From: Candidatus Eiseniibacteriota bacterium
GTDB taxonomy: Bacteria; Eisenbacteria; RBG-16-71-46; SZUA-252
NCBI GenBank assembly: GCA_963703225.1
Contig: OY969801.1
Span: 1,952,001 to 2,016,000 of the forward strand
DNA: 64,000 nt
Reading direction: 5' to 3'
The position numbers and the translations under genes are program-made. This document shows, piece by piece, positions 40,546-51,144 of the stretch. The notes beneath the pieces are model-generated. The model made no database searches. It saw only the letters and a list, made by a program, of their open reading frames with translations, and was not told the DNA's origin. The number at the start of each line of letters is the position of its first letter. Within the stretch, counting starts at the first letter, position 1.

Positions 40546-41337
40546 CTACTCCCCCGTCGGCGGCGTCGAGAAATCGACGCTCGTATAGTCTGCGGGGAGC
40601 GAGAAAAGGTCGTCGGAGAGTTTCTTCCGGTCGAACGACTCCATCGTGACGTCGAAGACTATCTTCTGGTCTTCAAGGCATCGGGAGACGAGTGGGAATC
40701 CATCGGTGCTCGAATCCCATCGAAAGGCGCCGGCCGTGGCTCCCTCGAACGGCTTCACGGTCATGAGAAAACTGCCCAGACACGTTTGCATCGCCCGCAC
40801 GATCGCGCGCTCGGCCTCGGTGATCTCGAAGTCCTTCGATTTGCACCCGCAGTACTCCGCCCGTTTCTCCCCGCCCTCGTTTACCTCGACGACCGTGCAA
40901 TCGTAGCCTAGAACCTTCTGGGCCCTCTTGGTCCACACGTACTCCGGTTGGGACGTCCCCCGGTCCGATTCGGCGGATTGCTTGATCATGTCGTCCGCCA
41001 TCTGCCTTTGTTCCGACGTGAGGCCCTCGATCTCGGACATCATGGCCGCCCCGCCGGCGGCGGGTCCCGCGCACTGCTCCAGATCGACGTAGGTCTTCTT
41101 TGTGTCGTCAACGATTCGGAGGGTCCCGGTGTCCTCCCAGAATAGGATCCGCACGGTGGCCGAGCCCTTGATCGACAACGCGGCCCGGTCCGGCCCCACG
41201 GAGAGCTGGGCGGTGGCGGGGACTTCCATTCCGCTCATCCGATCGACGCCCCGGTAACGAGCGTTGAGCTCCGCGCGCGCTGGCGGGGCCATGGCGGCGA
41301 CCGCGAGAGCGAGAACCGTGGAGAAACGAAGGCGCAT
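40546..41337 (-). CDS. Exported DUF4412-like protein
   Basis: Signal peptide, D-x-KKTYV, KVLGYDC, GFPL, LSDDLFSLPADY. Confidence 0.65.
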   Translation of the reverse strand: MRLRFSTVLALAVAAMAPPARAELNARYRGVDRMSGMEVPATAQLSVGPDRAALSIKGSATVRILFWEDTGTLRIVDDTKKTYVDLEQCAGPAAGGAAMMSEIEGLTSEQRQMADDMIKQSAESDRGTSQPEYVWTKRAQKVLGYDCTVVEVNEGGEKRAEYCGCKSKDFEITEAERAIVRAMQTCLGSFLMTVKPFEGATAGAFRWDSSTDGFPLVSRCLEDQKIVFDVTMESFDRKKLSDDLFSLPADYTSVDFSTPPTGE

Positions 41338-41470
41338 GACGCGAGCTCCTTGGTGCGGCGTGATCCTGCCTCCCCACGAATTCACCATATTCTAGCGAAA
41401 TGCGGGCGCTCTCTGGTACTGTCCACGTGCCTTCCGATCCCCACCGGTTCGACTCCCACGGAGGTCCCGC

Positions 41471-41890
41471 ATGAAAGGCGTCGCTTCTGGTCCCGCCGTC
41501 TCATTCGGACTCTTGATTCTTCGCATCGGGATCGGGAGCTTGCTTTTTTGGGGCCACGGCCTGCCCAAGCTCCTCCATTTCGGAGAGCGCGCCGCCACGT
41601 TCGCGAACCCGATCGGCGTCGGGCCGGCCGCGAGCTTCGCCCTCGTCGTGTTTGCCGAAGTTCTCTGCTCGAGCTTCGTCGTGATCGGCCTCGCGACCCG
41701 ATGGGCCGCGGTCCCGCCGGTGATCTTCTTTCTCGTGGCGTTCTTCATCCAGCACGCCGACGATCCGTGGAACAAGAAGGAGCTGGCGCTCGTCTATCTC
41801 GTTCCATTCCTCACGTTGATCTTCGCGGGGGCGGGCCGCTATTCGCTCGACGCGCTCCTCTCACGACGGGGGCGCGCCGTGCCCGGCTAG
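41471..41890 (+). CDS. DoxX-family membrane protein
   Basis: LILRIG-x-G-x-HG-x-PK, FAE, GLATR, KELA-x-Y, GAGRYSLD. Confidence 0.9.
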   Translation: MKGVASGPAVSFGLLILRIGIGSLLFWGHGLPKLLHFGERAATFANPIGVGPAASFALVVFAEVLCSSFVVIGLATRWAAVPPVIFFLVAFFIQHADDPWNKKELALVYLVPFLTLIFAGAGRYSLDALLSRRGRAVPG

Positions 41891-42555
41891 TGCGGAGTCC
41901 AGTGCGGCGTCGCCAAGAACAGACCGTCCCTGAAGCCGATCTGATAGACCAGCCAGGCGCCGAACAGGAGCGAGATGGCGCCCGTCACCAGCCGCGCCCC
42001 ACGGCCAAACCCGCCCCAACGCCGTGAAGCCGCGGAAAGAGGCGCCGCGATCCCGGTGGTGATCAACGCCATCCCGGCGAGAGTCCCAATCCCAAAGACC
42101 AACAGGTAGGCGCACGCGGAGCGAGGATCGCGCACCGTCGCGAGGACGAGCAGCGCCACCGCGGCGCTCCCCGCGAGCCCGTGTACGAGCCCGACCAGAA
42201 ACGCGCGCCCGGCTGGAAGCCGCCCCGACTTCGGGTCGAGCCCCGATGCCGCCGCGTCTCCCGACGAGGGCGCTCCCAAGTTCAGCAATCCGATCCCCAC
42301 GAGCGCCAGGCCGACCGCGAATTCCAGGGACAGTCCAACCCGCGGCGGCACGACCCAATTGAAGAGGATGATCGCGGCCCCGACCGTGAACAGCGTCAGG
42401 GTGTGTCCCAGTCCCCAGACCACGCCCAGCCACATCGCCGGGAGGATCCGCTTGGTCCGGGTGGTGATGGCCGTCACAGCGACCACGTGATCGGGGTCCG
42501 CCGCGTGCCGCAGTCCCAGGGCGAGCGCGAGCCCAAGGAGCGCCATCAGGCTCAA
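41887..42555 (-). CDS. NiCoT/HoxN/UreH-like nickel-cobalt transporter
   Basis: LGLRHAADPDH and GLVHGLAGSAA motifs, WGLGHT; TTG start overlaps the upstream stop (alternative ATG 42546). Confidence 0.85.
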   Translation of the reverse strand: MSLMALLGLALALGLRHAADPDHVVAVTAITTRTKRILPAMWLGVVWGLGHTLTLFTVGAAIILFNWVVPPRVGLSLEFAVGLALVGIGLLNLGAPSSGDAAASGLDPKSGRLPAGRAFLVGLVHGLAGSAAVALLVLATVRDPRSACAYLLVFGIGTLAGMALITTGIAAPLSAASRRWGGFGRGARLVTGAISLLFGAWLVYQIGFRDGLFLATPHWTPH

Positions 42556-42992
42556 TGCCGCTCTCCCTTTCCTCTGGTTCCTCGGGTCTTCCGCAATTCC
42601 TGAAGCTTTGTCCGCTGCGCCGGCGTGAGCAGGCTGTCGACCTGGGTGCGGGCCGCGCCCATGATCTCCTTCATCTTCGGCTCGATCTCGACCCGTGCGG
42701 CGTCGAGCTGCCTGGAGCGCTGGGCGAAGATCGTATCGGCCGCGGCCCTCTGCTCGTCGGTGAGCTCCAGAATTCGGGCCACCCGCGACCACCGGCGCCG
42801 GTGCTCGGTCTCCGAGAGGGCCCAGAGCGGCATTCGCTCGCGCCACGCGCTCCGGTGCCCCATCTCACGGTGATGATGGTGGCGATCGAGCCAGATCCCT
42901 CCGATCGCACCTACAAGGAACGTCACGAGCAGGACGAGCGCGGAAATGATCCGCGGCGACACCTTCCGGCTCGGTTCGAGTGGCCCTGTCAT
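42552..42992 (-). CDS. Membrane-anchored periplasmic Spy/CpxP/CnrX-like sensor with His-rich linker
   Basis: One TM helix, RHHHHREMGH, LELTDEQ and LLTPAQ (LTxxQ) repeats. Confidence 0.75.
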   Translation of the reverse strand: MTGPLEPSRKVSPRIISALVLLVTFLVGAIGGIWLDRHHHHREMGHRSAWRERMPLWALSETEHRRRWSRVARILELTDEQRAAADTIFAQRSRQLDAARVEIEPKMKEIMGAARTQVDSLLTPAQRTKLQELRKTRGTRGKGERH

Positions 42993-43408
42993 CTCTCGGT
43001 ACCTCCCATCACCGATTCCGTCAGCCAGCCACGATCGCTAGGTCCGACGATGGCGCTGACCGCTTCCTGTTCCCGGACGTCCCCGGAGACGATCATCGCG
43101 AGGCTGGTCCGCTCCACGACGGCCGGGTCGGCCATATCTGACGCGTCGTTCCCGGAGCCAAATTCCCGGGGAGTCAGGAGGATCAGCAAGACCCCGACCG
43201 CGGCCGCGAGCGGAAGGGCCGCCCGCGCCCAGCCGGCGATGCACTCCCACCACGCGTCGGACTCCGGCGCCCGCGCGACGTGGCGCGCGGCGCTCTGGGC
43301 GATGCCGGCCCGAAGCCGATTCCAATCGGCGTCGTTCAGATCGGCGTCGCCCTCCAACCGGCGGAGCGCCAGCGCGAGTTCCTGGTCTCGATCGGGTTCC
43401 TGGTTCAT
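42989..43408 (-). CDS. Putative single-TM anti-sigma factor
   Basis: Short cytoplasmic helix, W-rich pre-TM segment, LAAAVGVLLIL TM; ATGA overlaps on both sides. Confidence 0.65.
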   Translation of the reverse strand: MNQEPDRDQELALALRRLEGDADLNDADWNRLRAGIAQSAARHVARAPESDAWWECIAGWARAALPLAAAVGVLLILLTPREFGSGNDASDMADPAVVERTSLAMIVSGDVREQEAVSAIVGPSDRGWLTESVMGGTER

Positions 43409-43953
43409 GGCGTGCCCTCCTTCATGGGCAGGAGCGCGGCGCGGAGCGCGGCGCGCGCTTCGTGGAGATGCCAGCGAACGGTCCCGGGCGACAGGTCGAG
43501 CATGTCGCCGATTTCGGCGCTGGAAAATCCTTCGAGATCAAAGAGACGGACGATCATTTGCTGTTTCTCGGGCAGCGCGTTCATTGCCCGATCGAGATGC
43601 CGCCTCAGTTCATTTTGTTCGAGCGCCGCCTCCGGGGACGCGTCCGCCGCCTCGTACTCCGGGGGGATCGGCTCCATCCGGCGCAGCGCTCGAGCCTTTT
43701 GGGCATTGAGCGCCCGATTCACGACGATCCGGAAGAGCCAGGGCCCGAACGGGCGCTGGGTGTCGAACGCGGCGATGTTCGTGAGCGCGGCGACGAAGGC
43801 CTCCTGCGTGAGGTCTTCGGCATCCTCCCGGTTCCGCAAAACCCGGAACGCGACGGCGAACGCGCGCCTCAAGTAGAGACGCACCACCTCGTCGAACGCC
43901 GCGAGGTCGCCGCGCTTCACGCGCTCGATGAGCTCTGCCTCGACCGGCTTCAC
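43405..43953 (-). CDS. ECF RNA polymerase sigma factor
   Basis: GDLAAF, DAEDLTQEAF, FGPWLFRIVVN, EIGDML-x-GTVRWHL-x-AR. Confidence 0.92.
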   Translation of the reverse strand: MKPVEAELIERVKRGDLAAFDEVVRLYLRRAFAVAFRVLRNREDAEDLTQEAFVAALTNIAAFDTQRPFGPWLFRIVVNRALNAQKARALRRMEPIPPEYEAADASPEAALEQNELRRHLDRAMNALPEKQQMIVRLFDLEGFSSAEIGDMLDLSPGTVRWHLHEARAALRAALLPMKEGTP

Positions 43954-43993
43954 CAGTGGATACAGCCGGCGGCCCCCTCTCGTTGGGTGCGGG

Positions 43994-46900
43994 TCAGGCG
44001 ACGGCGGCGGGGAGGCGTTCTTCTAGCTCCGGCCGGCGGCTCCGACCCCACTTCGGGGACAGCCCGGCCCGGACCAGCCGCCGCTGGAACGCGTCGAGGT
44101 AGGTGTAGATGACCGGCGTGACGTAGAGCGTGACGAGCTGGGAGAACGCCAGCCCGCCGACCACCGCGATGCCCAGGGGCCGCCGCGACTCGGCGCCGGT
44201 GCCCAAGCCCAGCGCGATCGGGAGCGTGCCCATGAGCGCGGCCATGGTGGTCATCATGATCGGCCGGAAGCGGACCAGGCACGCCTCCACGATCGCCTCT
44301 CGGGGCGACTTCCCTTCGTTCCGCTCCGCGTCCAGGGCGAAGTCGATCATCATGATGGCGTTCTTCTTCACCAGACCGACCAGCATGATGATGCCGACGA
44401 ACGCGTAGATGCTCAGCTCGGTGCGGAAGATCATCAGGGTCAGGAGCGCGCCGAATCCGGCGAACGGGAGCCCCGAGAGGATCGTCAGCGGGTGGATGAA
44501 GCTCTCGTAGAGAATCCCGAGCACGAGGTAGATCACGAGCACCGCCAGGAGCAGAAGAAGCAGAAGGCCCTGCTGGCTCGACTGGAATACCTGCGCCGTG
44601 CCGGAGAAGCTCCCCGTGATCGACGCGGGAAGCACCTCGCGGGCCGTGCGCTGAACCACCGACACCCCCTCGCCCAGCGCGACGCCCGGCCGCAGATTGA
44701 ACGAGATCGTCACCGCCGGGATCTGCCCCATGTGGTTGACGGTCAGGGGGCCGACGGTCGGAGTCACGTGCGCCACCGCCCCCAGGGGCACCAGGCCGCC
44801 GCCCTGTGTCCCGAGATAGAGACTCTGCAGGGCCGTCTGGTCGCGCTGGAACTCGGGCAAGCAGCTCGAGGATCACCCAGTACTGATCCGTCGAGGTGAA
44901 GATCGTCGAGACCTGGCGCGAGCCATAGGCGTCATAGAGTGCCTCTTCGATCTGCTGGACCGTCACGCCCAGCGCGGCGGCGCGGTCGCGATCGATCGCG
45001 ACATAGACCTGTGGATTGGATATCTGGAGGTCGCTCGTCACGTCCTGCAGCTCGGGCGCGTTCTTGAGCCGCGCGGTGAGATCGTTCGCCCCGCCGTAGA
45101 GGGACTCCAGATCGGGACCCTGGAGGGAGTACTGGTACTGGCTCTTGGAGATCCGCCCCCCGACGTTGATCACCGGCGGGTTCTGGAGGAAGACCCGGAT
45201 CCCCGGCACCTGCGCCACCTTGGGCTGAAGGTCGCGGATCACACGGTCGGCCGATTTCCTGCGCTCGGGCTTTGGCTTGAGCCGGATGATGAGCCGACCT
45301 TGATTGGTCGAGGAGACCCCGCCTCCCGATGCCACGGACGACATGAACGACTCCACGTCCGGATTCTTGGCCACGATCGCGGCGATCGCTCTCTGGTGCT
45401 CCACCATCGCGTCGAAGGACGTTCCCTCCGCTGTTTCCGTCGTCGCGATGATCCGGCCGGTGTCCTCGCTCGGAATGAACCCCTTGGGCACCGTCCGGAA
45501 TAGGAGCACGGTCCCAACCAGGATGCCGAGCGAGAAGACCATGGTCGCCCGCCGGTGGTCCATGACCCAGCCCAGCGTGCGTCGGTAGAGGCCGAGCGTG
45601 TTCTGATAGACACGCTCGATCGCCTCGTAGGTCCGGCCGTGCTTCCGAGACACGTCGTGCCGAAGAAATCGGCTGCAGAGCATCGGCGTCAGGGTCAACG
45701 AGACGACCCCCGACACCAATATGGCCGCGCTGATCGTCACCGCGAATTCGTGGAACAGCCGCCCGAGCAGGCCGCCCATGAGAAGCACGGGAATGAAGAC
45801 CGCGACCAAGGAGAGGGTCATGGAAATGATGGTGAAGCCGATCTCGCGGGAGCCGTCGAGGGCGGCGCGGAGCGCGGGCTTTCCCTGCTCCATGTGGCGG
45901 TGGATGTTTTCGAGCATGACGATCGCGTCGTCCACGACAAACCCTACCGAGAGCGTCAGGGCCATCAGGGAGAGGTTGTCCAGGCTGTAACCGAGCTGGT
46001 GCATGACCGCGAACGTCCCCACGACGGAGAGCGGGAGCGAGAGGCTGGGGATGACCGTCGCCGCCACGTTGCGCAGGAAGAGGAAGATCACCATGACGAC
46101 GAGGGCCAAGGTCAGAAGCAGCGTGAACTGCACGTCCACCACGGAGTGGCGAATCGAGACGGAGCGGTCGTACAGCGTATGGATCGAGATCGAGGCGGGC
46201 AGCTGGGGACGCACCTGCTCGAGAAGCCCCTGCACGGCGTCCGCCACCTGGACGGTGTTGGTGCCGGGCTGGCGTTGGATCGCGAGCGTGATGGCGCGCT
46301 GATCTTTGAACCAAGCCGCGACCCGGTTGTTCTGGACGTCGTCTTTGACCACGCCGAGATCTTTGAGCCGCACCGGGGCGCCCTCCCGGTACGCCACCAC
46401 CAGGTCTCCGAACTCCTTCGCGTTCTTGAGCTGTCCGCTGGCCATGACGGTGGCCGACCGGCTCTTTCCCCAGAGGATGCCGGTCGGCAAGTTCGCGTTC
46501 GCGGCCTGGATCGCGTCGCTCACCTCGCCGATCGCGATCCCGCGGGACGAAAGCGCCCGGGGGTCGAGCTGGATGCGGACCGCGTACTTCTGCGCCCCGA
46601 ACACCGAAACCTGCGCCACGCCCTCGACCATGGAGAGCCGCTGGGCCAAGGTGTTCTCGGCGTATTCGTCGAGCTGCGAGAGGGAGAGCATCTTCGAGGT
46701 CAGCACCAAGAACAGGATCGGCTGGTCCGCCGGATTCACTTTCTGGTAGGAGGGCGGCGTGATCCCGCTCGGCAGCGAGCGGAGCGTCTTCGTGATCGCG
46801 GCCTGGACGTCCTGGGCCGCGGCGTCGATGTCGCGGTTCAGCGCGAACTGGAGCGTGATCGAGGTGCTCCCCTGGCTGCTCGAGGAGGTCATGGCGTCGA

Positions 46901-47129
46901 TCCCGGCGATCGTCGTGAATTGCTTCTCGAGCGGAGTGGCCACGGCCGAAGCCATCGTCTCGGGGCTCGCCCCGGGCAGGTTCGCGCTGACGGAGATGAC
47001 CGGATAGTCGACGTTCGGAAGATCGCTCACCGGCAGGAGCCGGTACCCGACGACGCCAAAGATGAGGATCCCCGCCATGACCAGCGTCGTCATGATCGGT
47101 CTCCTGATGAAGATTCCGGAGAGGTTCAT
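43994..47129 (-). CDS. RND efflux permease (MdtB/MdtC-like), one frameshift near 44860
   Basis: FIRRPI-x-TTL, LPVSDLPNVDYP, GFVVDDAIV, GLVKKNAIMMID, RFRPIMMTT. Confidence 0.92.
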
Positions 47130-48319
47130 TCGTCGCTCCCGATCGACGCGCGGACGGAGACCTTGGCGCCCGCCGAGAGCCGGAGCTGGCCGTCGGTCAC
47201 CACCGACTCCCCGGCCTTGAGGCCGATCGCCACGATCGCGACATCGTCGGACACCCGATCGACCTTCACAGGTCTCGGCGTCACCGTGGAGTCCGGATTC
47301 ATGACGTAGACGTACGATCCCTGTTGCCCCACCGAAACGGCCCGGGCCGGGACGGTAAGCGCACGCGGCACGACATAGAGGACCAGGCGGACGTCGACGA
47401 ACTGCCCCGGTACGAGCCGGCCGTCCCGGTTGGGAAACTCGGCCTTGAGGAGCAGCGTGCCGCTCACGGGGTCGACCGCGTTGTCCACGAAGACGAGCCT
47501 TCCTTGGATCGCGCTCGTGGAATCGCCGTCCAGGCGGATCTCGACGCGCGGATTCTCCGCACGGTGGCGCTGAAGAAGCGGAACGTTCCGGTCCGGCACC
47601 GTGAACCGGACGCGGATCGGGTGGGGCTGAATGATCGTGACCAAGGGATCGCTGGTCGCGGCCTTCACATAGTCGCCTTCGTGGACCAGGAGGCGGCCCG
47701 ACCGGCCCGAGATCGGGGCCCGGATCGCGGAGTACTCGAGATTGAGCTTCGCCAAATCGGCGGCCGCGGAATCGGCTCGGACGGTCGCGGCCATGGCCTC
47801 GGCGTCCGCCCGGCTTTGATCCCACTCCGACTGGGAGAGCATGTTCTGGGCGAAGAGACTCTTCGCCCGCTCGGCTTCGAGGCGCGAGGTCTCGGCGCGG
47901 GATCGGTCTCGTGAGAGCGCGGCGAGCGCCTGGTCCAACGCGGCCTGGAAGGGCCTGGGGTCGAGTTGGATCAGGAGCTGCCCTGCCCCGACGTCGTCGC
48001 CCTCTCGGAACGCGACGCCCTGGACCGTGCCGCCCACCTGGGAGCCGACGGCGGCGGTCCGGATGGCCTCCACCGTGCCGGTCGAGCTGAGCGCGAAGGG
48101 GACCGCCCCCTCCACCGCCGCGGCGACCGTCACCGGCACGCGGGCGTTTCGGGGTGCCGGCTTGGTCCCGCAGCCGAGAACGGAGCCAAGCAGCAGAAGT
48201 CCCAGCGGCAGGGCGATCCGGCGGCTGGCGCCCAGCCGGGCGCGCAGCAGCTCCGTGACCCGGTCACGCATAATTAGAGCTACAGTCCCCGTGGGGAATC
48301 CGTTGGTTGGAGAGGACAT
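47126..48319 (-). CDS. RND membrane-fusion lipoprotein (MdtA-like); start uncertain
   Basis: Lipobox VLGC, FREG-x-V-x-GQ-x-L-x-DPRPF, IRAPISG, VDNAVD-x-SGT, LVPGQFV. Confidence 0.9.
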   Translation of the reverse strand: MSSPTNGFPTGTVALIMRDRVTELLRARLGASRRIALPLGLLLLGSVLGCGTKPAPRNARVPVTVAAAVEGAVPFALSSTGTVEAIRTAAVGSQVGGTVQGVAFREGDDVGAGQLLIQLDPRPFQAALDQALAALSRDRSRAETSRLEAERAKSLFAQNMLSQSEWDQSRADAEAMAATVRADSAAADLAKLNLEYSAIRAPISGRSGRLLVHEGDYVKAATSDPLVTIIQPHPIRVRFTVPDRNVPLLQRHRAENPRVEIRLDGDSTSAIQGRLVFVDNAVDPVSGTLLLKAEFPNRDGRLVPGQFVDVRLVLYVVPRALTVPARAVSVGQQGSYVYVMNPDSTVTPRPVKVDRVSDDVAIVAIGLKAGESVVTDGQLRLSAGAKVSVRASIGSDE

Positions 48320-48416
48320 CGGAGCTCGGCGAGGCTCGGCCGGTCTCGATCGGATGGTCTGATGATGCCCCACCCCAGGGGGTTTCTTCAAGGGCGGGGC
48401 GGTGCCGCGGGCGAAG

Positions 48417-49661
48417 CTAGAAGTAGGCGGCGGTGGTCACCGTGACGCCGGCCTTCGGCGTCTCGTTGTTGAATCGGTCGCGCGCCAGCTCGTAGTACCA
48501 GCCGAGGCGCACCACGCCGATGGGAAGTCGGTGAAAGTTGAGGCTGGTGGAGAGGCGCGATCGCGAATCTCCGAGAATCGCCCGGTCGAAATCGACCGCG
48601 TCCACCCGAAGCGCGGCCGTGAGCCGGGTCCGGCCCCAGCTCTTTCGGATCGGCTCGAAGAGCTTCCGGGTCACCTCCACCGAGGCGCCCCACTGCCGCT
48701 CCGCGAAGATCGTCCCGAGTCCAGGCGGCACGTCGACGATCGCGATCGCCGCCTCGCTGAAGAGGCCAAAGCCCCCGAGGCTACCGGTCCCGTCGGCGAC
48801 CACGACGTGGACGTAGCGGGGATTGTCCACCGTGATGCCCCCGAGCACCGTCTCGTTGTAGCGGCCGCTCTGGGCGGCCAGGCCGAGCTCGGTCGCGGTG
48901 GAGGGATGGAGGGCGAGGCGCCCGACGAGGGCCGGAACTCCGTTATTGTCGCCGTAATTGTTGCGGCCCGCCGGAACCCTCGTTCCGCCGACTGCGTCCA
49001 TGATCAGGCCGTCGTCGTACCCCGTGACGGCGTCCGCCTCCCACGAGAGAGGCCAGCCGCCGATCTTCCCCATGATGCCCCGGACCCCGACGCCGAGCTG
49101 CGGATTCGGAACGCCGATGATCTGCGTCGCCGGAAGGGAGCGCTCCGCGAATTCGTAGACCGGCGCCTCATGGGTCAGGTTCGTGCGCCCCAGCGGGACG
49201 AGGAACACGCCGGCGTGGAGCTGCAGGTCGCGCCGGACCAGGGCCCGGACCTCGAGCTGTTCCATGCTGAAATCGTTGGTGCCTTGATCCCAAGCCCCTT
49301 CCCCGAGGACATGGATCCGAGAGCTGACCCGCACCGAGAGGAAGCCGCCCACTCGGCCGACCGAGAACCACTCGGGATCGGTGACGCCCCGAACTCGGTC
49401 CTCGGCGAAGCGGAGCTCGCCCTGACCGCCCCAGGCGATGCCGCGGAGATCCCCGTGATAGGCCCCCTGACGGTCGTTCCACGGCGAATCCTCATTGTCG
49501 ACGGGCGACGCGACCGGCGGCGGCGCCGGACCTGGACGGGTCGCCGGGTGCTTCGCGGTGCCTCCCGCGGGACGAGCGGGAGCGTCGCTCGCGAACGCGG
49601 ATCCGCCCTCGCCGAGAATCGCCGCTGCGACGATTCCAAGAATCAACGCGCGCGCGCTCAC
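48417..49661 (-). CDS. Outer-membrane porin-like beta-barrel
   Basis: Signal peptide, Pro-rich linker, amphipathic strands, GVFLVPLG-x-N-x-HE, DNNG, C-terminal F; GTGA overlap with the upstream gene. Confidence 0.7.
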   Translation of the reverse strand: MSARALILGIVAAAILGEGGSAFASDAPARPAGGTAKHPATRPGPAPPPVASPVDNEDSPWNDRQGAYHGDLRGIAWGGQGELRFAEDRVRGVTDPEWFSVGRVGGFLSVRVSSRIHVLGEGAWDQGTNDFSMEQLEVRALVRRDLQLHAGVFLVPLGRTNLTHEAPVYEFAERSLPATQIIGVPNPQLGVGVRGIMGKIGGWPLSWEADAVTGYDDGLIMDAVGGTRVPAGRNNYGDNNGVPALVGRLALHPSTATELGLAAQSGRYNETVLGGITVDNPRYVHVVVADGTGSLGGFGLFSEAAIAIVDVPPGLGTIFAERQWGASVEVTRKLFEPIRKSWGRTRLTAALRVDAVDFDRAILGDSRSRLSTSLNFHRLPIGVVRLGWYYELARDRFNNETPKAGVTVTTAAYF

Positions 49662-50965
49662 CGAGACTCCACGAAGTCGATGAGCGCCGCCTGGTCCGCG
49701 GACGACATGGCCAGGAACGCGTCGCGGGCCGACGTGGCTTCGCCGCCATGGAGACGGATCGCTTCGTCCACGGAGTGGGCACGCCCGTCGTGTAGGAGGA
49801 GGAGAGTACCGTTCAGGAACTCGCGCGCGATCCGCATTCCCCAGAGGGGCGCCGTCCTCCACTCCCGTCCGTCCGCGCTTCCATCGGGGCGATTGTCCGC
49901 GAGCGCGTCCCCCAGATCGTGGAGCAGCAGGTCGGAGTAGAGGGTCACGTCCCGGTTGGCGACCGCGTCGATCTCATGCGGCCCGGTATGCATCGTAGGC
50001 ACGTGGCACTTCACGCACTGCGCCGATGTGAAGAGGGCCTGGCCCTGGCGACGAGCATCGGTCCACTCGCCCGGCGTCGGCGGATTCAGCATCCGCATGT
50101 ACTGCATGACGTCGTTCACCGGTCCGTCGCCCACCTCGGGATCGGAGACGCGGTCGGGGTTCGGAAGCCCGGGCGGCGTGAGCGGGTTCAGATTCTCCGC
50201 CGATAGGGCGCTCGACGTGACGCCCATGTCCTGGGAGTAGGCCACCACGGTCTGCTGGAAGAGGGAGGAGACCTGAGCCTTGCGGCCAAAGCGCCCCACC
50301 CGCGGGCCGGGTCCACCCCCGGGCTCGGTGGCGGGAACGTAGGGGGGCGGCGTGACGAGATTCGCGCGCCCTGAGATTCCATCCCCGTCGGAGTCGCTCG
50401 GATCTTCGTGCGACAGGATTGTCGAGTCGGTGATCGCTTCGATCAGGCCGACGCCAAAGACCGGCGGAGGCATCCGCAGCGAGACGTCGACGCCGGCCGG
50501 GAGCTGCTCGGCCACCGCGCCGGGAATCGCCCGATCCTGGATCTGCGGCCCTCCTTCGCCCGGGACCAAATCTGTGCCCCTGCTGAAGCGGACGAGGATG
50601 TTCTCGGTCGTTCCCCGGCCGTCCCCGCTGTGGCACGAAGCGCAGGAGACGTTGTTGAAGATCGGGCCCAATCCTTCCGAGATCGTGAAGGACTTGCGAA
50701 ACTGGACCTGCCCGTCCTGAAAGTCGCCCAGCTCGCCGTTGTCCAAGCCCTCCATCGGCTGGTCGAACCGGTCTCCGAGCGCGGGAGGGCTCGTCAGGAG
50801 CTTGTCGCATCCCATCGCGTACAGCGCCAGCACGCAAATCGCAACGGCCGCGAGATCGAAGCCCCGCCGGGTTGTGCGGCGCCGTGCACCGCGCGCACCG
50901 TTTTGGCGCCATGGCTGGAAAGGCTCTATTTCTCTAAATGATTTATTCAAAATAGAATGAGCCAT
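49658..50965 (-). CDS. Di-heme oxidoreductase family (DHOR/DUF1111) lipoprotein; start uncertain
   Basis: GLGPIFN-x-SCASCH and CVKCH heme motifs, GRFGRKA, YSDLLLHD, EWRTAPLWG, LHDGRA-x-AI-x-HGGE; lipobox AMGC. Confidence 0.88.
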   Translation of the reverse strand: MAHSILNKSFREIEPFQPWRQNGARGARRRTTRRGFDLAAVAICVLALYAMGCDKLLTSPPALGDRFDQPMEGLDNGELGDFQDGQVQFRKSFTISEGLGPIFNNVSCASCHSGDGRGTTENILVRFSRGTDLVPGEGGPQIQDRAIPGAVAEQLPAGVDVSLRMPPPVFGVGLIEAITDSTILSHEDPSDSDGDGISGRANLVTPPPYVPATEPGGGPGPRVGRFGRKAQVSSLFQQTVVAYSQDMGVTSSALSAENLNPLTPPGLPNPDRVSDPEVGDGPVNDVMQYMRMLNPPTPGEWTDARRQGQALFTSAQCVKCHVPTMHTGPHEIDAVANRDVTLYSDLLLHDLGDALADNRPDGSADGREWRTAPLWGMRIAREFLNGTLLLLHDGRAHSVDEAIRLHGGEATSARDAFLAMSSADQAALIDFVESR

Positions 50966-51053
50966 CTTCCTAATGTTCATGATCATACCCCCGGTGGGAA
51001 CCCACCCTTGTTCAGGCAAGAGGTGGGCCAGGTGGATCGGCCCGGATATTGCT
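50935..51053 (+). promoter_or_regulatory. IHF-like site (50935-50947) and possible sigma-54 promoter CGGCCC-GGATA-TTGCT (51038-51053)
   Basis: Reverse AATAAA-TCAT-TTA; GG-N10-GC with TTGC at -12, facing the OMP gene. Confidence 0.4.
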
Positions 51054-51144
51054 CATCTTCAGACGGCGGGGAATGCCGCGCGCCGTCGGGGCCGCGGCTG
51101 AATCGATCCACACGCAAGAATTCCGAAGGGAAGGAGCACTGACC

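Noticed and set aside
50930..50980. Fur box upstream of the di-heme gene
   Set aside because: AT-rich but lacks the Fur inverted repeat; it fits an IHF-like site better
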